Shown here: positions 23,991 through 35,500 of the stretch, piece by piece
Layout of the letters: every line of letters begins with the position of its first letter
Numbering within the stretch: the first letter of the stretch is position 1
Assembly (NCBI GenBank): GCA_016748015.1
Contig: JAAOMT010000741.1
Span: 248,001-312,000 of the forward strand
DNA length: 64,000 bases
Origin: Geosiphon pyriformis uo1
Taxonomy: Eukaryota; Fungi; Glomeromycota
Reading direction: 5' to 3'
The notes under the pieces: model-generated
Told to the model about the DNA's origin: nothing
The model's database searches: none
What the model saw: only the letters and a program-made list of their open reading frames with translations
Position numbers and translations under genes: made by a program

Positions 23991-24989
23991 AGTATTTGAG
24001 TTGTAAAACAAACTGATTTTTGATGAGATAGATGGGTGTTGCTTCAATTTCTTCTGTTGCTTCAGGTTCTCCAAATTCAATTTCATTTTCATCGTTTTTA
24101 CTGGGCAGGGGAATACTAAGAGCATAGCATTCAGGACACTATTGCTCATCGCAAGGCATTATGCATTCTTCACACAATTTAATGTTTATTTGTTTTAGTC
24201 ATTGGGCTTAAGCTTCTTTGGTCGGGTAAGTGTAACTGGCAATTTGGTGATATACTTCTACTTCATCTTCATAGTTGTATCCAGTGATTTCAAAGGTGTA
24301 TGCAATGTATTCTGATTCTTTCATTTGACAAACATTTTCTTGAGTGGCTCCGTTGATTAAAGCCATTACTAGATCGAAAATCATTTTGGCATCATGAGGG
24401 TAATGGTACAGTTTGTTGAGGGCACTGTTGTAAGCAGCATCAAAAGAGGTTCCTCTTGTTACTTTTTCTGAGATTAAAAGGGCATATTGGCATGTTTGAT
24501 CGCAGACTTTTTCTCTGAATGCAACATTAATCCAGTTGCATTCATCAGGTAATTGTTCTCTACAAGTCAAACAGGGTGTTCTGTCTTATTTTCCACTTCT
24601 TTTGACTAGATGTCCCTATCATTCTTGGTGGCAAGATTTACAATAGTAACAAATATGGTTTCCATATTCTTCCTCGGGTGAAATACAAGCTCTCATTGAT
24701 GAGAGTTTCTTGTGGCAATCTTTGCATTTGAGTGGAATGTAAGGGCATTGTTTTCATGGTTTTGGTTTTGAATAGGGGACATTCCATCTGAGTGTTACTG
24801 GTTCTTTTGTTTCAAAAGAATTGTTTGTCAAAAAATACTGTTGTTTAGTTTCATCAGCCCAATTGGAGGTTGATTCCAGTGTTATAAATGTTTTAATGAT
24901 GGGTTTTTCTTCTTCTGGTTCAAATTCAAAAGCCGGGACTTTTTTGAAGCATTTGTTGAATGTATCACAAGTGACAGGTACTTGGGCAT

Positions 24990-27300
24990 GTTGTCCTTGG
25001 TAGGAGATTGTTAACTCTTATGTCTCCCAATTCAGATTAGCATTGGCTTTTTGAAGCCAATTATTTCCAACAAGAGCTTGGTATTGGAGAGCATCCATGA
25101 CCAGAACTTTGACTGGAATGATGATTCTGTCAATTGTAAATGGGAAGTTGTCAATTTTTCCTACTGAAGTCTTTTTCATGCCATTGGCAGTGACAATAAT
25201 TGTCTGAGCTGGTTAGTCAATGTTTTTTTTTAGCTGCTGTATTAATTGATATGTGATGATGCATCTGGCAGATCTACTGTTTAGAATCAAGCGAATTGGC
25301 TTTCCTTTTGCTTCAGCTTCTGTGTACATTGCAGTGATGGCTTTTTGTTCATTAGCTGCTGCATTGCTAAACAAGAATGGTGATTTATTTGCTTCAAATT
25401 TGAAAGAAAATATATCTGAAAAATTGACGTTTTCAGCAATTCTGGCTGGTAGAATTGTGATAGGAGTATAGGAAGAGTTTTGTTGTTGTGCTGCAGCTCT
25501 ACCTTCTGAGAGTGCAGTATGATGAAAATCCTGTTCTTCTGGCATCATAAGATAACTAGGTTGAGTATAATAGTGGTTGGGTCTTGGTTGAACTGAATTT
25601 CGGGAAACTAATTGGTTGTTCGAATTGATTCTATTGTTGTTTACTTGGTATTGGTTTTGTGGTGTGAACTGATTTTATGGAATCAATCTTCAAGCAGGCA
25701 CTTGATAATGTTGTGTGGGTGGTTGTTGATATTGCTGTTGGGTTGGCTGTGGGGCAGACTGATAATAGTTACTTTGGTATTGGGGTCTTAGTAAATAGTA
25801 AGCTGGTAGTGGCAGTTAATAATAAGATTGCTGTGGTGGAGGGTAACATTGATTACTCCTATTTTGTTGGTCTCATTGTAGCTTTCTGCAATCTCTTTTC
25901 CAGTGGTCAGGGATTCCACAGTAATGGCAATTCTAAGGCTGGTTATTAGAAAGTGGTGTAAAGTTATTTTGATTTTGTCTTTGGGATGGTTGATATCTTT
26001 GGAGTTGCTGTTGTTGTTGTTGGTTGGTAAAGTAGTTTTCAATTTTCTTGGTTAATTAGTCAATCTTTTCTTCAGCTACTGAGCTGGTTTCTCCAATAGC
26101 CAGGTTAACAAGTTTGGTATGGTTGGCTTCTTCCATGGCCATTTCATAGTTTTTTGCCTGTTGAATAGCAGTGGCTAAATCTTCTGGTGCATGTGGATGA
26201 ACTTTCTTGATAAGTTTGTCTTTTAGTTTAGCAATAAATTGATCCAAAATTTGTGCATTGGAGTAGTATTTGTTGGTTTCCAATTGCCAAATCTTTCTAA
26301 GCAGTTTGTTGAATTTCCCAAGATAGGTCATAACTGATTTACTTGGTTCTTGCTTGATATTTCAGAACTGATTTCGAAGGGTGATAGAAGTGTTATTGTT
26401 AGTGAACTGTTCTAGAAAAGCAGTTTTGAATGCTTCCCAGTGTTTTGGTGGGGCTTCTAAGTTTTTAAACCATTCACTGGCTGTTCTTTGTAAGAAGTAT
26501 GGAATTGCAGCATTCCAATCATTTGCATCTTCTGCTTTTGAGACTTTGTCAAGCCATTCTTAAAGACTGGTTTCACTGTCTTCTCCTGTGAACTCAGGAA
26601 TTTTTGCAATATATGTGGAGGCCATTTCTTCTTTATTTTCTGAGTTTTCTGTTTCTTGTTCTGATTTGGTCTCTTCACTTTGATTTTTTGCTAAGTAGTC
26701 AATAAGGTTTGGTTAATATTAGTTCCTGTTGTTGAATAGGGCTTTTGGGTGACTGAAAATCTTCTATTCTTGAAAACCGAATAAGTGGTGAGCTTGGTGT
26801 TTGTGGTTGAGCAAGTGAAGCTAGAAATGGTGTGATTAAGAGTGGTAATTTAAAGCTGGTTCCTTGTTCTGGAGTTTGTAAATGTTTGGCAGTGGTTTTA
26901 GGTGTATTGGGAGTAGTTCTGAGTTTTTGTTTCCTTTTTCTTTTTCCTTCTTCTGTTTCCGATTCAAAACCAAGAAAAAATTTCTGTTCTACTGGGTAAT
27001 TCTCTTCACAATACTAAATAATATTGAAGTTGAGTTCTTGGAAATATGTTTCAAGTGTTTGACTGTTAAAATTCTGAGTGTTTAGACGAGAGTAATATAC
27101 TAAGCTTTCGTATAAGTTGTATCTAACTTTTGAAATGTTGTAGTCTCCAAAAAGATAATTGTTAATGTAATTTTCAATGTACTGGTAAAGTGTTTTCTTG
27201 AATGCTTCAATTCCGTCTGGGATGTTAAATCTCTGTTTGCAGTGGGTGTAGATTAACTAATAATACTCTAGAGTTCTTGAATCTGTTTGAGTTGCCACTT
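24990..27300 (-). pseudogene. Gypsy-1 gag (capsid, CCHC knuckle) and aspartic protease
   Basis: IAKIPEFTGED..EWLDKV, KQEPSKSVMTYLGKFNKLL, knuckle CHYCGIPDHWKRDC (~25930-25887), protease IRLILNSRSA (DSG decayed) and ALVGNNWL. Confidence 0.88.
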
Positions 27301-27324
27301 TTGAAGTTGTTGTTGCTGTGTTAT

Positions 27325-27342
27325 TTCCGTGAGAGAATACCA
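27325..27342 (-). promoter_or_regulatory. Gypsy-1 primer binding site
   Basis: TGGTATTCTCTCACGGAA two nt inside the 5' LTR; the cognate tRNA is not identifiable by eye. Confidence 0.7.
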
Positions 27343-27344
27343 AA

Positions 27345-28326
27345 TGTTACCAGAGGTTTTTGGTTTCTTCTTAGCTCTTGTATGTTTATTGTAATGCTGT
27401 TAATTCACAACTATGAGAAGTGTTTAAACCTCCGATAACTGAATTTATCTTCAAATTATCTCCTATAATTTGAACTGCTAAACTTATAAGTGAAATGGCC
27501 AGTTCCATACCAGTTGCTTTATGTAGTTATGTTGTAGTAAATGTCAACTTTTTCCCAGGAATTGCTTGTCTGAAAGCTCACTAAAAATGTGTAGTTACTT
27601 TGCTGTGAAAGTCAACTCTTCTACAGGAATCTCATCTGTAGGCTATTCTAATGATTATAATAAGAAAATAAAAAAAATAAAATAAAAGAAATGTAAAAAA
27701 AATAGAATTCTGTCAAGAGAAACGTTTTCTATTCAGGCCTGGAATCACTAACAGTTTACTGAAATTGGTAGCTAATCAATTTTAAAATGTTAGTTGGGTT
27801 TTGAGAATTTTCCAAGTGCAATAATTAAAGAATTTGGTTTTTTGAATTATTTGATATTTATTTCTTTTTGTGTGTGTAGGAATAGTTTTAAGTGATAAAT
27901 CTAAAGTAAGATACATTTTTTCGAAGAGAGAAGCTCTTCTTTTATACAACTTGTTGTAACACTATTCTATGAACTTGAACTTTGTTCTTTTCTACAATTT
28001 CACTAAACTAAAGATACATTTCGGCAAATTACAAGTTATTTCTGTGAACTAATAGATATTTTGGTGAACTATCAATTATTTCAGCAAATTTCTACAAATT
28101 TCGGCAAACTTTTGAATGTTATATATTTCAGAGTATTACATGATTGATCATCGCACTTAAGTTACATTTGTGTTATATACAAATTGGGTTATTAATTAAA
28201 TGATAATTTCGGACATTTTGCTAATGTAATAAGTGATAATTTGAAATAATAATATATGCTAATTAATAATAAAATTTATAAGGCTAATTTCATGCTAAAC
28301 AATATCTCTAATTTCGTCTGATAACA
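27345..28326 (-). repeat. Gypsy-1 5' LTR (982 bp)
   Basis: Direct repeat of 18529-19490 with 20 extra nt at ~28081-28100. Confidence 0.95.
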
Positions 28327-30988
28327 ACATAACCAGTTACTTAGACCAGTTAAAAACACACTATGCTGATACTACAAAAGAAAATTTACCCAAAGATGAC
28401 ATTTTTTGAATAATAGAAAACAGAGTTGCACTGCAAAAAACCAATCCAACTAGCCACTCAGCAGTTTTAAAGGAATCAGTTTTAATATCAACAGACTTAT
28501 GCTTTCAAAGAGACAACAAATTGGAAAACACATCATCACTTACAACAAGCAAAAGCTCTGAATCACCAGACATATTAACGTCTTCCATACAGCATTTCTT
28601 TTTCAAAAAAACCACTTTTCTCCTCAACTTACCAACAACTTTACTAAAAGCATTTATATATATCATAACCTCATTGACTTTAAGGCTGAGATTGCTGTTT
28701 GAAACCAAATCTTCATTAATAAATTGTTTAAACAATTTGACCATAGAACCAACTGGTTTAACAATAAACTCAACCAAAGCAGAAAGCTTAGTTAAATCAA
28801 ATTCTAAAGAAGACAATCAGAACAGCACCAAAGAATCATTAACAACAATTGGAGAAAAGGCAAAAAATGACAGAGGTGAAAATTCAAAGGAGCTCAAAGA
28901 TGCAGAAGCCTTGGCATAAGACATAAGACCAACAAAGTATGGTGCAAATATCTTAGGAGACTTAAGAAGAGGAGATGGAAGAACCTTATAATCAACAGCC
29001 AGATGGCCTAACTCTTGACACCAAAAACAACACTGACAACCAGGAGTTTTTCACCAGATACAGCATTTTCTTAGTGTACTAGTTTTGGCAACAACAAGGT
29101 CCAAATCAGCTTGGGAGCCAAATGTAATCAGAGCAAAGTGAAAGTAATGACCAGAATTAAAAGACCAAGGAATGAAACATGTCCAACCACCAACCTGAAA
29201 AATCATATTACTAATCTCAAAGACAGTGCAGCCAAAAAAAAGATTGACCAATTTGGCCTTAAATCTATCTCAAAACAGAATAGTCTCATTTTGATTCACC
29301 AAAGAGAGAATTCTAACACTATCTTTGTCCACCAAAACTGACCAATGATTCAGAACAGCCACAGCAGAGTCCAATTTCTTGAAATAAACCACTACATATT
29401 GCCAAATGCCAACAGGCTTCAGCACAACATGAGCAACTACACCAAAAACACTAACAGCTGTCTTAATATCAGCAACAGACACACCTAAAGGCACATTATA
29501 CAATGTAACAGCAGCAGAAGGAGAGCCAGACTCAGAAACCACCAAAGCCTTGGCAATTTTAAGAGTGGCAAGGTAAACAGAGCTTGTAAACTCCACTAAA
29601 AATACAGCATCCAAAGAGATTTAAAAAGCAAACTCCACACAAAAGAGCTTTACATTGTCTTTTACAACTGACTTTACACCCAAAAAACCATGCACAGACT
29701 AAAAAACAGCCTTAACATAAGCCAATTTGATCTTGAAAGTAGCACTAGGCACCAGAGTAGAGGCCACCCACTCAGCAAAACTTTGATGACTAGAAATAGT
29801 TTCCTAGACACTATCAGAAGTAGCACCAAAAACTAGAGAAGGAGATGATTCAGTTTTCATTTGATCAGTTCAGTTCTCAAAAACAGGTAATCCAATAGAA
29901 GGAAATTGTTTTGCTTCTAGAACCAATAAAGATCTGCCAGAAGACACCACATTTGGCAACACAGCCAGTGGTTAATCTTGGCCCATCTTAGATGATGTGC
30001 TGGATAATACTATGGAAATCTCATCTAAGATCTTATTAGGAATCACAAAGGAGTTTGGTGTAACAATAGCAGAGGCAAGCAATTGCCTTTACTTTTCTGA
30101 ACTTCTGGTTTTTTTAACTATTTTTTTTGAAGAGAAGGTGCTAACAACACCAGATATAGAAGCTATAAAGGGGAAGACCAACTTGTTAATTGGTCTATTA
30201 TTAAAAACTTTTGGGCTTTTAGTTGGGATAGAGGCAACACTAGAACTAACCCAAGTGTGTCTTTTTAAGGGAATCTTGACTGGTGAGAAACCAGCCAAAG
30301 ATGAAAAAGTTGCTTTAGTAGCTACCAAAGACAGCTTTTCACAATTACTGGATAAAAAGAAGGCTTCTAAAACATTCTGCCTAGTTGCTTCTACAACAGA
30401 AAGAGCTTCTCTGGTTGAAATCTTATTAGATATTTCAGAAAAGATATCAAATGCAGTTTTTTTACTCTTTGCTTTGATTGTGATCATAAAATTAAGAAGA
30501 CAAAGAGTTATATAGTATATATAAAATTAGTATTAAAATTAACTGTATAAATAATTATAAAAATAATTTAGGTAAAAATATTTATGTTTAATTATTAACT
30601 CTTTAAGAATATTAACTAATTAATATTAAATTAAATATTAATAAAACTTTTAAGTAAATAAGTAATATTATTATTTATAATAATATATTGATTACAATTA
30701 TACATAAAATGTATTTTTAAAGTAGATTTTTTTTTATAAAATTTAATAAAAGTGAATTTAAATTGAATTTATATTTAATTATTTATAAAAAATACATAAA
30801 TTATGCTTAGTTTAGAATATTTAAATTATTATATTATATTAAGTTGTAATTAAACTACATATATTATATAAATAAAAAATTTATTATATAATACAAAAAA
30901 AATATTAAGCAACTTAGTAACTAAAATAACCAAAATACTAATTAGTAAAGCCAAAACAATTAACTTAAGTTTTATTATTATTATTAAA

Positions 30989-32070
30989 TATTTAATAAGT
31001 AAAGCCCAACAGCTATTTAATATATAAAGCCAAACTAAGTGAGTCAAACTAAATGCCATTTATGTTTTTATTATATATGATTAATTACTTGAATCAGATA
31101 AGACAACACTAAATATATATACTAATATATGTATTTCTACTAAATTAAAAAAAAACCACTGTTTATGCTTATCAAAACTAACTGTAAAAGATTCTATTAT
31201 ACTAAACAACTAAACTATTTTATCTAACAATATAAATACTATACAATAAAACAAACTTAAAACTATGTTATTATTTTTGACTAATTCAGTCTTTTTTATA
31301 TCTATTTTATGCTTCAATCTTATGAACTATATTTTAGTCTAATATAATTCTACCAAATATTTTACATATTTAACAAAAACAAAAGCTGTTTTTACTCTTT
31401 CATCAAAAACTATAGCAGCTTTAACATATCAGTTTCTTAGCACAAATTTTTTACAAATTATTATATACAAATTCATATTTAATAAACACTAAAAAAATGT
31501 TTGCAAAACAGCAGAAAAAAGTAAACAGTAAGTATTCATCAATAATATCCATTTTTCAGAAGCTTTTACCAAAATATACTTTTAAATACTACTATCTTCA
31601 ACATAAGCAAAAACATAGTTGAATAATTTCATCTTATTATATAGTAAACACAGTATACCAAAATATAATTTATCATATAATTTTTTTTTAACTGCTATCA
31701 GTAGTTGTCTGTATACAGCCTTTATTAAGTATATATATATATTTGCAGATTTTTTACTAATAAATTCAGAGAACATATGCAAGTCAAGATGCCAAACTCT
31801 TATAGTAGCTAACCAATTTATCTCTTTAATCAGTGCATTTAAAATTACATTAAAACTAAAGCCAGTTTTTTATTAAACATAACAAACAGATCTGTATAAA
31901 TTGCAAATAAAATAATAAATATTATCAAATACAATTATATTTTCAGCTATTATGAAACATTCTTGAATTTTAATTAATAAAGAAAAAAAAGAGTAAACAG
32001 TTTTATCTGTCATTTTATCAGCTTAAATATTGCCTAAAATACTCAAATAATTTTTAACTTTTACTTATGT
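30989..32070 (-). mobile_element. Heavily decayed 3' fragment of a LINE (LINE-C)
   Basis: 3' UTR (AAGTAAAGCCCAAC.. on + strand) and ORF2 C-terminal remnants IKAVYRQLLIAVKKKLYDKLY..CLLY. Confidence 0.85.
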
Positions 32071-32562
32071 AATTAAATTTTAAAAACACTAATATAAACT
32101 AATTATAAAATTAAAAATAATAATAACAAACAATTAAATATATAATAATTAAAAAAACTAAAAAAACAAAAGTTTTAACATAAAATTTAATATTAATATA
32201 ATAAAATTTAAAAACTTTAAAATAATTTATAAGCTTAAAATAAGACACTTTATAACTTACAGCTAAATAATTTAAATTTTAATATCTAAAATAATATTAA
32301 TTATTAAGACTTTTTTATTAAATATAATATTTTTTTAAAGTATTAATTTTAATAATAACAATATTTAAATTTGTTTTAAAATTAAAATTAAAAATAATAA
32401 TAATATACTATAATTATCAAATAAAATTAACAAAATAAAAATTTAAGTTATTAATTAGCATAAAATTGTATTTATAATTCTATTATTAATTAATATATAT
32501 TATTATTTTACTTATTAATTAATTAAATTATTAAATATTAATATTTAATTAATAATTTAATA

Positions 32563-35500
32563 AAAGCTTCTTTCTTTCCTTTATCTTAAATTCCTAAAAA
32601 AGAGTCAAAAGTTTTCTGAAAGAAGTTTTTTACAATTCAGTACAATAAATCTAAACTCTTTATTCTTGACTATGAGATTACTATTGGCTGTAATATTGCT
32701 GTTATGAAGAAAACTACTAAAGTTTTTGGTTTTAATGATGGCTTTAGACCTGTTCTTCTAAGAAAAAAAAGGAGAGGTGGTGTTTTAGAAGATGGTTCTA
32801 GTGGTAAAAATATTGGTTTTAAAGTTTAAAATAGTCACTCATGGGGTTCAAAGACTGGTGATACTACTGAGTCTAATAGTATTAATATAAAGGAAGAATG
32901 CCTGGTAAAAGAAACCAGTTTTAATTATGGTAAAAGTGGTGCTTTTGCTGGAGGTAATCCTAATCAAACACTTATGGATTCAAAAGTTAAAACCAAAATG
33001 TTGGGTAAACCTTTGGGAAAAATTAATTTCTCAATAAATGGTTATGACAATGATATTCTTTTGGACATCTCACTAAAACTTTTCTCACTTGTAAAAAATT
33101 TGGTCAACATTTCTGTTCATAAATCTTTTGCTTTGGATATTGGTTTGGATCAAGTTGCTAGAAAATTATCTTAGAAAAAGCTTGTGGTTATTAGAAAGTT
33201 GTTTTCGAAAATCAATGATTTTGGGAAGGTCTCTACTCTCTCAAAATTTGCTGGAATCATCAGAACATTATTTACTTTCAAATTAAGCTTGGCACAGACT
33301 TCCAAAAAGGCTGAGGATGTAAAAATTTTAGTAAATAGCAATCTTAAAAAATCTTCTAAATGCTTAGATCAGACCATGGTGGTAAAGAAAATTCCAGTTG
33401 AAACATTAGCTAAGACTATGTGTGTTGCACTATCTGAGTTTGGTATAATTAAGTCAATTAAGATGCAGTTGGTGAGATTATGGCAAAAGGCTGTGGTTGA
33501 GTTTGACCAATCAGATCAGGCTGATTTGGTCGCAGCTAGATAGTTCATCTTGATTGGAAAAGACATAATGCATGTAGTTAGATCAAATTTAGACAAGAAG
33601 ACATGAAACATGAAGGATTACTATAGAGCACTGCTCTATACTCTGCCAATGGAAACAAATACTCACAACATCTGAGATTTCATTGGTTCTGTGGATGGAA
33701 AAACATGTGTAATCAATTGTCATCTTATTATGTATGCTTAGGCCAGATGTATTGTTGTTTATTTCAAATTAGCTGAATTCTTGAATGTTGTCATGGACAC
33801 TACTCCAGTTTTAAGGGACATGAATCTACATTGGTCTTGTTTGGGTTTTTCTAAATGTGCTAAGTATAAAAAAATGTGTCATATGTTATTGGGCTATTCT
33901 GTGAGTGGGAATCTTTCCTCTAAAAAATCTTCTCATAGAGCACTTTTAGATATAGATAAAAGCAGACTGGCTACCATTTATGCCAAGTGTTTGGCTCCTG
34001 TTGCTCATTTTGTCATTTTTGGTGGAGTTTCTTGGGCAAAGATAAATAGTGGATCTTTATTTTCTCATCTTTCTGTGTAAAATAGTTCAGTTAACTCTGG
34101 CTTCTCTTTGGAAATGAAGCCTACTCTTCCTAATACAAAAAACATTGAAAAAAAGTTTGCTGTTTTGAAGAGTGGTCTTGTCAGTCTTACAGAACAAATT
34201 AATGAGTTGGCTAAGAGATTGAACTCATTCATGCTGGCAGTTTTCTAGCCTAGCTCTGAATGTTAGCTGTTGGTAATCCCTCTCTCTATTACAGAATTAG
34301 GTGGATAATTTAGTAATAGAAGAGAGTTTGGATAAGACTACAGGTGGTGAGACTGCTGCGAATTTAGACTCTTCTACCTTTTCTAAAGTGAAAAGACTAG
34401 AAAACATGCTGAAAGGACTTTCTGCTTTGGTTCTGAGTCTAACAACAAGATTTGATAGTTCGATCTTGGCTGGTAATATATTTTCCAAATCTCTTTCTTA
34501 ATGACTAGTCTAGTTTGGAAGATTGTCACATGTAATATTAAAGGTATGAACAATCTTACTAAGCAAGAAAATATTATGCATTGACATAAAAACATGAACA
34601 ATCTGATTTCAATTTTTACAGAAACAAAACTGAAAGGGAAGATTTGTTTATGGATTGTTAACAAATTTGATAGTGTCCATGTGTTTACTTCTGGTTATTT
34701 GGGTGCAGGTGTTGCTGTGATTATGGACAATTCTCTGGCAAAGCACATGTGTAAAATTTTTGAGGTGCCTGATCAGCTTTTATCAAATTGCTTTTTAAAA
34801 ATAAACTTTCTGTTTCGATCTTAGAGATTTATGCTGGTGCTTCTTTGGCAGTTTGGTTCTTCCAAGCTGGTGAAATCAATTCTATGATTTCTAAAGCTGT
34901 GAATGAGTCTTCTTTCATTGTTTTGGGTGGTGATTTCAATGAAAATGGCTTCCATAAGTGCACCAGTTTCAAAAGGTGTTTAGATCTTGGTTTGGTCAAT
35001 TTCTTGAATAGAAGTTCTTATGTAAAAATACCAACATGGGCTAACTTTTGGGGTGTGGCTAAAACAATCAATTTTTTGTTCATTTTTTCAAACTTGGTTA
35101 ATGTTGTAGTGGATTGCAATGTATTTGATATTGGGGAATTTTTTGATATTGATCATCAGACTGTTTCCATGTTGGTAGATTTGGACAGATTGCTTGATGT
35201 GCAGCTGAACTCTTTTTACAAACAAGTAAATAAGGATTGTTGGAAATTTGATTACAAAAATGTAGAAGATGTCAGATGGGCTAAGTTCAAAAAAGATACG
35301 GCAGCAAATGTTGCTATGTTTCATGATAAGTTTTTTGCATCTGGGAAGCACTTAGACTTGGATGTGATATGAAATACTCTTTTTAGAGTATTATGTCTAT
35401 TAGCTAATATGGTTTTTAAGAGAAAATAGTCCAAAAACTATGACAGTGTTTTTATGAAGAGATTGTCCAAGTTTCACAAGCTGGAGCTTTTGGTGTCTAA

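Larger units (their letters stand above)
18529..28326 (-). mobile_element. Full-length decayed Ty3/Gypsy LTR retrotransposon with dUTPase and extra ORF3 (Gypsy-1), TSD ACAT/ACAT
   Basis: LTRs 18529-19490 and 27345-28326; TSD 18525-18528 and 28327-28330; PBS and PPT present; domain order gag-PR-(Cys-rich)-dUTPase-RT-RH-IN. Confidence 0.96.
18425..30515 (-). mobile_element. Full-length ORF1-only non-autonomous LINE derivative (HAL1-like, N2; ~2.3 kb net), interrupted by Gypsy-1
   Basis: Single decayed ORF 30487-28361 with RRM-like VTLYNVPLGVSVADIKTAVSVFG and knuckle CFWCQELGHLAVD(Y). The stop TAG is followed directly by a LINE-type 3' UTR (28360-28331 plus 18528-18434) and poly(A) 18425-18433. 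No ORF2. Confidence 0.87.
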
